Assembly: GCF_018350175.1 (NCBI RefSeq)
Contig: NC_058373.1
Coordinates: forward strand, 117,182,001-117,246,000
DNA length: 64,000 bases
Direction: 5' to 3'
Source: Felis catus
Taxonomy: Eukaryota
In this document: one piece after another, positions 1 to 12,837 of the stretch
Position numbering within the stretch: the stretch's first letter is position 1
Layout: each line of letters starts with the position of its first letter
Program-made: the position numbers and the translations under genes
Notes under the pieces: model-generated
What the model was told of the DNA's origin: nothing
Seen by the model: only the letters and a program-made list of their open reading frames with translations
Databases searched by the model: none

Positions 1-1208
1 TGCTAGGAATGAGTTCCCTCAATTTCTTTTTGAGAAAGTCTTTATTTTTTCAATACTTTGAAGGATAATTCTAACTTGGTGGGCTTTTCTTTTCTCCCTT
101 AACGCTTTAAATATTTCACTCCACTCTCTTCTTCTTGCATGGATTCTGGCAAGAATTCCAATGTCACTCTTATTCATGTTTTTCTATAGGTAAGATGATT
201 CCTTTCCCCATGGTTTCTTTCAAGATTTTCTGTTTAACTTTGTTTTTTGGTAGTTTGAACATGATAGACTAGATGTAGACTTTCTGACATTTATCCTGTC
301 AGTGTTCTCTAAGCTTCCTAGATAGTGTTTTGGTGTCTGTGATTAATTTTGGAAAATTCTCAGTCATTAGTACTTCAAATATTTCTTTACTTTGTCCTCT
401 CTTTCTTCCCTTTCTGGTTTCCCAGTTAAACATGTTACACCTTTGAAATTTCTCCACAGCTCTTGTATGGTTTCCCCTTCTTTCTTTTCCTCCTCTGTTC
501 CTCTTATCGTCTTCATCCCTCTCTCTTTCTCTCTCCATCTCTGCATTTCTCTTTGGGAAATGGCCATTGACCTATCTTGAAGCTCTCTGATTCCTTTCTC
601 AGCTGTGGTTGGTCTCTTAGGAGCCCATCAATGGCATTTCTTCATTTCTGTTACAGTGTATTTGATCTCTTTCATTTCCTTCTGATTCTTTCTTAGTGCC
701 CATCTCTCCACTGATCTTACCTATTTGTCCTTGTATACTGTCTGCTTTGCCCATTAGTGCCCTTAGCATATTAATCATAGTTATTTTTAAATTTTTTGTC
801 TGAAAATTGCAACATCTATATTATATCTCAGTCTGGTTCTGATGATTGCTTTGTCTTTACAGACTGTTTTTTTTTTTTTTCTTGCCCTTTAGCATACCTG
901 GTAATTTTTATTGAAAACTGAACATAATGGATTGGGTAGTAGGCCTTTAGTGTGATGCTTTATGGTAATCTGGCTAGAAGCTGGGCAGTGTTTAATGTTT
1001 GCTATAGCTGTAGGTGCTAGAGGCTTAAAATTCCTCTACTGTCCTTAGTTTTGTCTCTCCTTTTGTCTTTGGCATTGCCTAAAAACTCCTCAGATAGAGT
1101 CTATATTTGGCATCCTTTTCAGCTGTAATCTACTCTTATTATACTGGTAAAGTTTCGTGCTAAGGTGTGGGGAAAGGGAAGCATTCTGTGATGTTTACAG
1201 GTATTTCT

Positions 1209-1243
<35 letters not shown>

Positions 1244-1391
1244 CTTCTTTAGATGAGGCAAGAAGGCTAAAGGTATTGGAGTGGGAGAAAGGTCTTTCTC
1301 CTAGGTGGAATAAGGCTATGGTAAAGTCTTTTCTCTTGGAGAGTATGCCTTTCTTACTGAGAATGCTTTGGCCATATTTCACAATGGTTAC
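1..1391 (-). mobile_element. Old L1M (L1MC/MD-like) LINE, decayed ORF1 plus 5' region
   Basis: Minus-strand translations give L1 ORF1p-like motifs (IQELWRNFK; EIFEVLMTENFPKLITDTK; REWSEIFKALREK) broken by frameshifts. Confidence 0.85.
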
Positions 1392-1945
1392 TGATAAGGA
1401 CCGAATGTTTGTGTCCCTCAAAATTCATACAGTTTTTCATTTGCTTCTTTCTTTTTTTTTTTTTTCCTTTGTTCATTTGTTTCTTAAATTCCACATATGA
1501 GTACAATCATATATTTGTTTTTCTCTGGCTTACTTTGCTTAGCATTATCACACTGTATGTTAACTACATTGGAATTAAAAAAAAAAAAATCGTATGTTGA
1601 AGCCCTAGCTGCCAACGTGGTATTATTTGCAGCTGGGACCTTGGGAAGGTGATTAAGGTTAGATGAGGTTATCAGGGTGGGGCTCTGCTCAGATAGGATT
1701 AGTGCCCTTCCAGGAAGAGACATCAGAGAGTTTTTTCCTGCTCTCTTTCTCTGTCTGTCTGACTCTCTTTCTATGTGCACATACCAGGGAAAAGTCATGC
1801 AAACACACAGCAAGATGGTAGTCATCTGCAAGCTGGGAAGAGGGCCTTATGAGAGCATGACAATGCTAGCATCTGATCTTGAATTCCAGCCTCCAGAACT
1901 GTGAGAAAATAAATTTCTGTCGTTTAAGGCACACAGTCTATCATA
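1392..1945 (+). mobile_element. MaLR solo LTR (MLT1A/B-like), interrupted by an L1 fragment
   Basis: gaatgtttgtgtccctcaaaattcata...tgttgaagcccta...ggtgattaaggttagatgagg...ccagcctccagaactgtgagaaaataaatttctg. Confidence 0.85.
1431..1589. mobile_element. Short carnivore L1 3' end with 5' inversion
   Basis: 1431-1548 reads as L1 3'UTR on -; 1549-1589 (cactgtatgttaactacattggaattaaaa...) is the L1 terminus with poly(A) on +. Confidence 0.7.
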
Positions 1946-1970
1946 CAGTTCTTCTCTCTCTGTTGACGCA

Positions 1971-2364
1971 TATGGTTACTCTTCTCTCTCTGCCAGAGCC
2001 ATGAGGGGGTCTTTGGAGATCTTGGAGGTAGGTAAGACCTAGGAAAGTGTGAGGGTCCCTTCAAGCCTGCAGCCTTTAGGAATTTCTCAGTCCCACGTTT
2101 GTCCCCATTCAGCTTCCAGCATTAGGGAGAACTCTCATTTAAGTGTTCTCACTAGTTTATGGCTCTAACAGCTTCTGCTTCAGGTAAGCCTATCTTCCAT
2201 GGGATGCGTTGAATTCACCCGTCTCTGCAGATTTGGGGTTGGCAGTTGGCCCTGCAAGCTCAGTTCTTTGACAGATCCGAGAAAAGTCGGTGAACACTTC
2301 CTGTTGGAAGGTTGGGAGTGGTGACTTCCAGGTTCCTTACGTATCAGAGCTAAAACCAGAACTC
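1971..2364 (-). mobile_element. 5' end of the same L1M element
   Basis: Resumes at atggttac (also at 1384-1391); ends with the L1M 5'-terminal-like ggagtggtgacttccaggttccttac...aaaccagaactc. Confidence 0.65.
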
Positions 2365-2870
2365 TGTATTTTAGAGGTTTACTTTTTTTCCTTTGAACTT
2401 CATAACATGTTTAGTATATGAGGTAGAGAGTATTCTGAATTTTCCCACAAATTACCAGTTAAGTAATCCATCTCTCTCCCAGTGATTTATGATGCTTTCT
2501 TTATCATGTTAAATACACATACATTTTCTTTCACTTGCTTTGGTATTCTTTTCAGTACTATCCAACTTGTTTAGTCCTTCTTCTGTACTTGAGCCATACT
2601 ATCTTAATTTTTTGTTCTTGGTGGTACATTTTATTATGATGCATGGCAAATATTCCCTTAACTGTCTTTTAAATCTTCTGTTCTCCAGCAAGTATTCATC
2701 CAGATGAATGTGGTTATTTTTGTTATCTCCCTAAACCCATCCCTCCCCGAAACAATCCGAGTGGGATTCTGGTTAGAGCTATATACTAAGCTTATAAATT
2801 AATATGGGAATAATTATCATGGCATTAATAAGTCAAGTTATAAAAATCTCCAAAGCGTTTCTAAACATTA

Positions 2871-3892
2871 AACTTTATTTTAGAACATGTTTAGATACAC
2901 AGAAAGATTTTAAAGAGAGTACAAAGAATTTTTATATACCCCACACCCAACTTTCCTTATTATTGATGCCTTATATTAGTATGGTACATTTGTCCCAACT
3001 CATGAACCAATATCAATACGTTGCTAGTCGCTAAAGCCCACAGTTTATTCGGATTTTCTTAGTCTTCTCCCAATGCCCCCTTTAAGTTCTAGGATCCCAT
3101 CTAGGCGAACACATTATATTGAGTAAGTTATGTCTCCTGAGGCTCCTCTTGGCTATGACATCTTCTCAGACTTTGTTTTTGAGGAGCAGTACTCAGATAT
3201 TTTGTGGAATGTTTCTCACTTGGGTTTGTCTGATGATTTTCTCATGAGTAACTGGGGCTATGGGTTTTTGTGAAAGAAGACCACAGAGGTTGGGTGCCAT
3301 TTTCATCACATTATATCAAGTGTACATTCTATTAACATGATTTATCACTGTTGGTGTTAACTTGATCGCCTGGCCAGGATAGTGTTTGTCAGATTCTCCA
3401 CTGTGAAGTTACTCTTTATCCCCACCTTTCCATACAATCTTGCTTCAAAGGAAGTCACTATGTGCAGCCCACACTTAAGGAGTGGGGAGTTACATTTCCT
3501 CTCCTTGAGGGCAAAATAGCTGCATAACTTAATTGGAATTCTTCTGCATGAGAGATTTGTCTCTTCTCCCCCATTTATTTATTTACTTAATCATATATTT
3601 ATGTCAGTATGGACTCATGAATATTTATTTTATATTTGGTTTATAACCCTACACTGCTTTATTTTGCTCCAATTATTCCAACTTTGGCCATTCTTGCAGT
3701 TGGCCTGTGTGTCCCTTTGGCAAACCCCTATTGTGTGTGTGTCTCTTGAGCACTTTCTTACTTTCCTGCATCAGAAGATATTCATGCTCATTTGTACATT
3801 TTCTGTCAGCTATAAATTTACCATTTCTCTGAGGACTTTGGGCTCTTTTTATTGGAGAATAGTATTAGAAACTAATATCTGGGCACTGGGTA
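2871..3892 (-). mobile_element. L1MC4/5-like 3' end
   Basis: ggaagtcactatgtgcagcccacacttaaggagtggggagtta...cagtatggactcatg... resembles the L1MC 3' consensus in antisense. Confidence 0.8.
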
Positions 3893-4019
3893 TTCTATTA
3901 TCCTTTAAAATTAAATTTAACAAAAAACTTGACTTTTTGGAGACATTTTCTTTGCCAGATGAGTTTATTGCAGATTTGACATATTTATCCAACTTCTCGG
4001 GGAGCATAAGAGTCCCGTA

Positions 4020-4480
4020 GAGGTTGAGTATTTATCCTGGTCCAGTCATTATGCCAGCTGTTGGGGTGAGAGTGGAAAGTGATACATTTTAGTGGATTTC
4101 TGAAGCACATATTCTGGTTTGTGTCTGGTGGGGGGGGAGGGGATGGGTGGGAGAAATAAGCAAAGAGATGATTTTAATGAAAGATAAGCAGGCAATAAAG
4201 GGGTAATGTAGCAGGGAATGACTTGGGACTAGTGCTCCTTAAGAGAGGTCACTGGGGAAGGTCACCCAGAGGAGCTACTGTGAGTCACTTGGATAACGCA
4301 AAGGAGGCAACACTCAAGATTTGGGGGGGAAGATTGTTCCTTGCAGAAGTAGCATCAAAGGCAAAGGAAATCATCTGACACGTTGGAGGGAGAGAAAAAA
4401 GACCAATGGAGGATCATTTGGGGGATAGCAATTGAACAGGAGGATGGAGGAAAAGGAAGTCAGAGACACAGATAGGACCA
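4020..4480 (-). mobile_element. L2 fragment
   Basis: Purine-rich antisense L2 motif gattgttccttgcagaagtagcatcaaaggcaaagg. Confidence 0.5.
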
Positions 4481-4691
4481 GGGTGGTGGTGGTGGTCATT
4501 GTCGTCTTTGGGGTAGAGAGTAGATAGAGCAATATTTCATGGGGAACCATGCCTGGGGTTCTGTCCGCCTTAATTTTCTCCAGACTTTGCTTCTCTCCCC
4601 CAAACCCTGATTATACTTACTTTCAGGTTCCTTGGGGGAATTTTGGCCCTTGTCTGGCATTTCAGTCCTGGACCAGACGACTTGCTTTGGG

Positions 4692-4870
4692 AAGTGGCTC
4701 AGTGTTGAATAAAGATCATGGCTTTGGATTTAGAAAGTTCTGAATTTTAATTTTGTGTAATCTTGGGGAATTTGCTTAACTTCTTACAACCCCATTTTTC
4801 TTAGAACCTTAAAGGAATTTTATGTAGATTAGAGGTGATATATGTAAAGTGCCTTGGAGGTGCACAATAG
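4692..4870 (+). mobile_element. MIR
   Basis: tgtgtaatcttggggaatttgcttaacttc...gatatatgtaaagtgcctt. Confidence 0.6.
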
Positions 4871-5554
4871 TTGCAACTTACTATTTGTAGTCAAAGTTCG
4901 ATTGTACGCCATGAGAAGTCTCTGGTACACAATGAACAGTTGAATCATAGCTAGCTAAGACTAACTCAGGGTTGTATACTCTCACAAACTGTTAAGCAGA
5001 TACAGTGATTTGGTTTAGATTAGTAATTATCCTCGTAGGAGCTGCTGGGCAGTGGTGACTTTCCACTGACCCTCCTCCCAGCTTCTATTGCTATTTTCTG
5101 GTCTTTTATTTTGTCTCTAGACCTACTTCTGGGGTGTCAGTGTTTCACCTGCCTGCCTTCTCTAACCTGCTGCCCACCTGCCTGCACTTACTCTCAGGCA
5201 GGGTCTGCCTGACTCTGGGGCTCTTACAACCATGTGGGCTGTTCGTGATTTTCCGTGTGCCTACCAAGCATTTCACGGGTTCTGAGACTTGAGTGGAAGC
5301 TAAGGGTGAGGTCACACAGAGGGTCATAGTCCCTACTGCTGGTGTCCCTCCTTTCTTATCTCTCTTCTTCCCACTATGCTTCAGAAGCAAATCAGTTCCT
5401 TTCCATCTGAGTCAGTCCTTTGGAGGCCCCATCTGGTGCTTCAAACTGGCTTAAATTTCTTCTCAACAAATACATTAAATCTCCCTAAGAAGAAATCTTG
5501 TGATTAATGCTTTTCTCCATATTTATTTTTGGACTTGTCTCTTATTTCTTGAGT

Positions 5555-5828
5555 GACTGCTCAAATGTCATCTCCTAAGAGAGGCCTTTTCTGACCATTT
5601 TATTCAAAAGCTTTCTTCGACCTTCCCCCTGCTCCCCCACAACCCCTCTTCCATCACTGTCAATCTCCTCACCTGGCTTTATTTCTTTTCCTGATGTTTA
5701 TCACTATTGATGCTATTTTATGGGTTTGTTTATTGCTCCGTAAGGCAAGAACTTTGTCTTATCCTCACTGCCTCTCCAGAGGCTACAACGGTGCCAGAAC
5801 ACCATTGGTCTCAATAAATTGTCAAATG
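5555..5828 (+). mobile_element. L2 3' end
   Basis: ctcaaatgtcatctcctaagagaggccttttctgacc...ctcaataaattg. Confidence 0.7.
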
Positions 5829-5830
5829 CC

Positions 5831-5895
5831 AGGGCACCTGGGTGGCCCAGTCAGTTAAGCGTCCGACTCTTGATTTTGGCCTGGGTCATGATCTC
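5831..5895 (+). mobile_element. Can-SINE 5' head only (3' truncated)
   Basis: gggcacctgggtggcccagtcagttaagcgtccgactcttgattttggcctgggtcatgatctc, then unrelated sequence; no (CT)n, poly(A) or TSD. Confidence 0.85.
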
Positions 5896-7121
5896 TGAAG
5901 GAAATTCAATCCAGATGGGGAATGCCACCTGCACAAAGACAGGGGAGTGTGCAGGGAGGCCGAAGATAAAACTTCTCAGGATGGCACATGGCCAAGCTGG
6001 TACATCCCAGGCTCTGACTCTAGAAAATTTGGTCTCACCAAGTCTTATCTCCCTGGCTGTGTGTATCTTAGACTCTAGATTTTCTCTTAAAACAGACTGG
6101 CATTCTGTTCTTTCACTCTTATGGATTCCATTTGGGGCTGCCATATTGTCCAGCTCCAAGGGGCACTACTCATGGTAGTTCTGATCCACTTCAGTTACTT
6201 ATCCTCTCAAATACAGACTCTCTGCCCAAGATCCTCTTTTTCTCTTATTTTATGTTTTATGTTGTGCTTATTTTTGGAATCTTTGCCTTCCTGTTCCACT
6301 CTTTCATGATTTCTTTGGCTTCTACTCTACTATCCCTGGTTGACTTTTGCTAACTTTGCACTATCACAGGGCTGGAGGCTATTATATGTCCATAATTTCT
6401 TGGCATCACCTACATTTATATTTTATCATGGTCCTATAGCTTGAGTTGAGAGAGACTAGATGAGTAAAAACCAAATTAGAAGCAAGCTGGCAGAGAAGGC
6501 TCACACCAGAGCCAAGTAGTACCTTGATGTGTTCTCAGAGGTCTTGCTGCTCTAAGAATCAAAGCCAATGCTGCTCTCTCAATCTATGGTAACTGTGGTT
6601 CTAGGGCGTATCCTAGAATGTGTGATGTGTGTGTCTACTTGTGTGTTGGAGGGATACTGAGGAATGTAAACTCTTCCTCAAAGAGTTGGGTAGTGATGAA
6701 GGTCTTGAAAGTCTTTGGTCTCTCTTTTTGTGCTCCAGAGTCTCATTGACATTATCCATTCTTGGTTATGGAGGTCAAAGTGTTATAGTCAGTATTTTAC
6801 CCTGAGTGTATCTTTTTTTTCCCCCCTTTAAATTGCCAGGCTAGTATTAGGGACAGATTTACTCCTTGAATTTTGTTTTTCATACCTGACCATGGCTGTA
6901 ATGTTGACATCTCACTTTTGGACTTTTGGACATGACACATGTACACATCTCTCATCTTATTCTATTTTAATTGCTTTTAAAATCCCTGTGTCCAGTACCC
7001 ATTTTTAACCTTATATTTGGCAACCTGAAACACTTGTTTCTAAAATTAATTATCTAATTATATAGCATTTGTTGACATGATGAAGATAGCACTTAGCTAG
7101 TCTAGGATCCAATGCTAAGTG

Positions 7122-7165
7122 TTTTTTTTAATTTTTAAAAAAATTTTTAATGTTTATTTATTGTT

Positions 7166-7201
<36 letters not shown>

Positions 7202-7360
7202 GGAAAGGGTCAGAGAGAGAGAGGGAGACACAGAATCCAAAGCAGGCTCCAGGCTCTGAGCTGTCAGCACAGAGCCCAATGCGGGGCTCAAACTCACGGA
7301 CTGAGATTATGACCTGAGCTGAAGTCAGATGCTTAATCGACTGAACCACCCAGGTGCCCC
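7122..7360 (-). mobile_element. Can-SINE
   Basis: Full antisense SINE; TSD aagtgtttt. Confidence 0.95.
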
Positions 7361-7435
7361 AAAGTGTTTTAATTTTAAAGTAAGTAACTTATTTGGGTTG
7401 ATGTAGAAGAGAGGATTGAAAGGCTCCAGTCTGTG

Positions 7436-7440
<5 letters not shown>

Positions 7441-7488
<48 letters not shown>
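7441..7488. repeat. (GT)n microsatellite
   Basis: About 24 GT units. Confidence 0.97.
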
Positions 7489-7491
<3 letters not shown>

Positions 7492-8149
7492 GGTGTGTTT
7501 GGGTATAGTTACTCCTTTCTCCTTCATTCTTCTCCCTACTGATTTTTCTCATCTCATCCCCTACTCAAAGGAGTTATGATGACATTAGAAATATCCTTAA
7601 ATGATGATGCTTTTCAGATATTATCATCATTTCAGGATTTTCTGGCGGTTTATAGGGGGATTCTAGGACAAATATCACCTAGGAAAGGGCTCTTTGAGTT
7701 CAGACATGGCAAGAAATGTATCTCTCTCAATTGAAGTCATACTCGTTTTCAGCCATATTGAACAACTTACGGCCTTCTAACATTAACAAGTAATAAAAAA
7801 TTGACTCTACATAATAATACCTTTATTCACCTGGTCTTATGGTCCTCTGATTTTGGTAGATGACCCATAGGCTGAAATGTGCACCAGGACTAATGCTCAA
7901 ATAGTAAATCCCCATTTTGTTTACACTAGGTGCTTTCCACACCAAATGTCACTTCTAGTAGTGATCTGAGTAGGCAGCTGTTCACTGTACGTAATATAAT
8001 GTACACCAAGAGTTGTGGCTGCTCCAGAGATATTCTACTCTGGCAAACTGTGGTATCTGGAATTTCGTGCTAGCTGCCTTATATTGCTAAACCATAGACA
8101 TCCCTGATCAAGCTGTGTTGTTTCTGGAGAGGGTAATGGAATCAACAAA

Positions 8150-8300
8150 CATGGCTATTATTTAGTGAGGATTTAGTGTGTGCCCGGCCCCGTGCGAGGG
8201 GCTTTATGTACCTTACTTTGTTTAATCCTCACAGTAAACTTGGGAGGTATCACCCCCTTTTGCACATGAAGACACTGAAGGTCAAGCAACTAATCAGTGG
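8150..8300 (-). mobile_element. MIR
   Basis: tttaatcctcacagtaaacttgggaggt...ttttgcacatgaagacactgaagg. Confidence 0.7.
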
Positions 8301-10430
8301 AGCTGGTCACAAGTCCTCTTCTGGCCACTGACACTGATTAACTCCATGACACAGACATACTTCATCAGGTTAGTTAGCCAGGCAGGTGACCACTGTGGGA
8401 ACGAGGCAAAGGAGAGGTAAGTACTGACTGAGGCACAGAGTAGAGATTCATTTCCTATAGGAGCCTGGGTCTGGGGTTACTCAAGATAATGCCTAACAGA
8501 TGTGGCAGTGACAATGATTCATAGGCTTCTTCCAAATATGATATTTGACCGTTGCCTTTCCATCATGGTCTGAGTTTGCAAACTTCAGGTAGGGGCGTTG
8601 GCTCATGCGCATTAGGCCAGTGTTGAGTTGCGCTGTTACATGGCGCCTGGAAGAACAGCTCCTCCAGGCAAAGCAAACTGAACCGAAGAGAATGTGGACT
8701 CGGGTTTTTCGGAACAGATCACACCCATGTCCTAGGGTAAATGACAGGTAAATTATCATTACCCATCTTTAAATGTTTTCACTGTAACAGAGTTGCCAAA
8801 TGGCACTTTAACCTTGATTTTCCAGCAAGCTTCAGAGCCACAGATTTTTTTTCTTAGTCTATCCTAGGATCATCTGACTTCGTGAGGCCCTTAACCCATG
8901 GCACCAGGTGTCACAGCTCTGGCAGACGGGAGTGCCTACGACCTTCTTCTCCTCCCTTTTTAGTGGAAAGCACCTGTTTTCCTGGGCACCTCTCTGTCTC
9001 CCTGTACAGGGTAACAGGAAAAGGGCGAAATCATGTATCAGTAAGAAAGGGGGGACCTTTCTGGGCTGATTTTTCTTTGGAATCAGAATGGAGATTTGTG
9101 GTCATACCACTTTCCATCAAGTATTTGCAAGTTTTTGGGCAATCATTGCTCTTCGGAGTGGCTCTCACGGGTAATACTAGGTTGGCCTGCTCTCAGTATA
9201 GTCTGCTCTTTGTTATACTCTTTCCTTTTTGCAGGCTTTTTTTTTCCCCTCTGAAGCAGAAAAATAGAGATATAAAATTGTTTACTCCATCTCAAAAATA
9301 ATAGACAAAACCGTCAACATTCCTATTTTGTTAAACTTTTTAATTTCACCAACAATACGTGGCAATTGTAGGATTCTTTTTAAGAAAAATAGAGAAGAGC
9401 AAAAAAAAAAAATACAATTAACTAAAAACCTATAATCCCACCACCCAGAGATAAGGTCCAACTCCATCTGCCTCACAAGTTCTATGCATTCTAGGCTCCC
9501 TATTCATTGAATATTGAGGGACTAATGCTACTTTGATTATGATGGTGATTTGTAAATAATTGCACAGAGTTAGTTCACAGAGATTCGAAATTATGGCCAC
9601 AATAACAAGCTAGGATTTTATTTTCTCAATTGGAAAGTAGAGAGTAAAAAAACCGACTAAGAGTGAAAGATGTTTTTCTAAGTGTGCATTTGTCGGTGGT
9701 AGTTTTAATTCCGAGACAGAGAGAAGGTTTTAACTCCTGCCTTCCTGACTCATTTTTAGAAAGAAGTAGAATCATTTTCCCAACAAAACCTTTGCAAACC
9801 CCTAAGAAAAGAGGCACTGGGAGAGCAGGAGAAATACGGAAATGGGACATGACAAGCTGAAGGAGTACTCATTTGGAAACTGTCACCTTTTGGAACACAG
9901 AAGAGTTGCCTGCACCACTGGTCCCAGCTTTATTCTTTTCCTAAGGGCATTAGGTTCAAAATGAAGGCGGGGCTTCAAACCACAGGTCAGGATATTGGAA
10001 AAACTCAGCAAAATGTTAACTCTCTTATGATGTCTACCTTTATGCTTATAGCTTCTCTGTAACAGTAGGAAGCAAAGGAGTGGGTGAGTCAGGAGCAGTA
10101 AGCCGGAAGCAAATAGATGCGACAGCAGCCTGCACAGAGGGACTGGCTACAGCACTGGCCCCTAGAATCCCCTTGGTGTCACAACTAAACATAATTGGAG
10201 CTTTGTCTCTGAGCTTTGTCCTCTTGCACTCTTCTGCCCTGTTTGCTGATGGGTTTCTGCTCTTGAAAACCTGAGAGGCAAACCTCCTGTTGACCGATCC
10301 CTGTTTTGCAGGCAGGAAAGGAGTGCCAATTTTACCTGCCCTGTATAGTCTCTCCAATTTCTTCTGAAGATTTTCTACATCAAAAAAACAATATAAAAAA
10401 AAAAAGCAACTTAAGAAAATGTAACAAGCA

Positions 10431-10629
10431 GAGGTGCCTGGGTGACTCAGTTGGTTAAGCGTCCAGTTTTGGCTCAGTTCATGATCTCACAGTTCGTGCT
10501 GATGGCTCGGAGCCTGGAACCTGCTTCAGATTCTGTGTCTCCCTCTCTTTCTGGCCCTCCCCTGCTTGTGCTCTGTCTGCGTGTGTGTGTGTGTCTCTCT
10601 CAAAAAAATAAGTAAACATTAAAAAAATT

Positions 10630-10661
<32 letters not shown>

Positions 10662-10665
10662 TATA
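10431..10665 (+). mobile_element. Can-SINE with internal deletion and (TA)n tail
   Basis: 18-bp TSD aagaaaatgtaacaagca at 10413-10430 and 10666-10683. Confidence 0.95.
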
Positions 10666-10702
10666 AAGAAAATGTAACAAGCACAAATAAACACAAATGA
10701 GT

Positions 10703-10704
10703 CA

Positions 10705-10742
<38 letters not shown>
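10703..10742. repeat. (CA)n microsatellite
   Basis: Direct observation. Confidence 0.95.
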
Positions 10743-10743
<1 letters not shown>

Positions 10744-11479
10744 GAATCCAAATGGTAGGCCTATGTACAAATGATTGTCATCTGACTTTGGAGTAAAGAC
10801 ATGTTAATTCTGTCAGCAAGAGGAAAGAGTTAGAAATTCTTGGGAAGACAAAAATTTGCAAAGGAAATCCCATTCAACTATGAAGTAAACTAACATGTGA
10901 CAGAATTCTGAGTAATTGATGTATAAGAAAAAAGAATACATTTGAACTTGATACTTGGAACTGGTATAGTGACAAAGGATAACATCTCCTTTGCCTGGTC
11001 AGGTCTCACTATCTGGATCTGCACTGAATACAAATATTTACTTAGTCATAATATTAGAAACCTTCTGTCAGCTTTCAATTTTCAGAATTAACCTATATGT
11101 TATGCAAGAAAGGTAAGTTACATTTACTGAACAAAATGGAAATGTAAGACTTGACATTGTGAACTAACAGTCAAGGTGAAAAAATGTAAGGAATTAGAAG
11201 GGACTAGAAGGTGGAGTGAAGCATAAGGGCGTATGTTTTCTCCTACTTCATAATGGCGGTTGAATGGTACTCTTTAATCCTGATAAAAAAGAGGAATAGA
11301 GATTTAGGTACACACAATTATGTACCAATAAAATGTTATATATATGGAGACAAAAGGGAAGGAGACTGTATCCTAAAATCTTTTTCTCTCAAAGTAGGGG
11401 ATCAATGTAAATTGCTTCAAGTTTTAGAGGCATGTGGGAGCAAGGCAAGCTTATACTTTTCTCTCTGTGTCTTCGTTTA

Positions 11480-11850
11480 ATTTTGTTTTTAAATATCCAT
11501 GTGTATCTTTTGAAATGAAAAAAAGCTGAACACATGATCTATAAGAAACCATGGTAAGCAGTTACACTGCAAAACTTCATTATATTTCTCTATTAGAATC
11601 TCCAATGCAACAAAACAGCACAATCTGCCTCCATGTTGTTTACAAGAGAAGTGCCAGCACAAAATGGCACCAAGTCTGACAGTGAACCGACAGTCACCAA
11701 TTCTAGGCAAGTACAAGCAAAAAAAGAACACAGAGCTGGAAATATTAGCCTGGGACAAATTCAAGGAAAAAAGCATTAAGTGGAAGAGAGGGCATATTTT
11801 GTTTTTTTGGGTTTTTTTTTTTATTAAATTTCTTTTAATGTTTATTTACT

Positions 11851-11902
<52 letters not shown>

Positions 11903-12200
11903 CAAGCGGGGGAGGGGCAGAGAGAGACATAGACACAGAATCGGAAGCAGGCTCCAGGCTCTCAGCTGTCAGCACAGAGTACAACGTGGGTCTCGAGCTC
12001 ACAAGCTGTGAGATCATGACCTGATCCAAAGTCGGAAACTTAACCCAAGTGCCCCTAGAGGGGATATTTTGTAATGGTGAAGGTTACGGCCCACCATGAA
12101 ATTACTATCATGGATCTTTACACATGGAAAACTAGCCCTATAACTGGAAAAGCAGAAGCTATTAGGAGAGAAAAGAATTAAGGAATACAGTACAGAATAT
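11480..12200 (+). mobile_element. Old L1 ORF2 endonuclease-region fragment, split by a SINE
   Basis: tgttgtttacaagag (CCLQE-like); gggatattttgtaatggtgaagg...atggatctttacaca (GHFIMIKG/MNIYAP-like). Confidence 0.5.
11802..12055 (-). mobile_element. Can-SINE with expanded (GA)n
   Basis: Antisense SINE; TSD agaggg(c/g)atattttg. Confidence 0.95.
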
Positions 12201-12590
12201 ACTTTTTAAAAAGTCCACCTCTCCAAAGAAGTCTTGAAAGGCACGGCTCTTGGGCTTGGGGTCAGTGGAAAGGTACAGTTTATTCTGACCATAGGTTTCT
12301 GTCACTTTCTAGTAGAGGGAATAAAAAGTTTTATTTCTGTGACATTTCCTCATGGTAAAATTCCATAAAATTGAAAACTTGGAGATAAAGGTATTATCAG
12401 GAGATACGGTCATGATTTTTAGTATGTGAGCTGTAAATTCTGTCCTTATCACTAAGTTCCTGAGAATACTGCTGATTTTCCCAAGTCAGTAAAACAGTGA
12501 CCCAACCAAAGGCGATTCTATTGACCTTTATTCTTCTGCGTCCAACCCTAGCACCCTTCCTGCTTCTATTGGTTCTAGTCAATACAGACA

Positions 12591-12837
12591 TTTTATTTTA
12601 TTTTTATTTTATTAATTTTTTAATTTATTTATTTTTGAGAGAGAGGGAGAGAGAGACAGAACATGAGCAAGGGAGGTGAAGAGAGTGAGAGAGAGAGAGG
12701 AGAGACAGAATCTGAGGCAGACTCCAGGCTCTGAGCTGTCAGCAGAGAGCCCGACGTGGGGCTCCAACCCATGAACTGTGAGATCATGACCTGAACTGAA
12801 GTTGGACGCTTAACCAACTGAGCCACCCAGGCACCCC
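12591..12837 (-). mobile_element. Can-SINE
   Basis: Antisense SINE; TSD tagtcaatacaga. Confidence 0.95.

Noticed and set aside
299..567. L1 ORF1-like ORFs as functional CDS
   Set aside because: Homology is split across frames with stops; a dead L1
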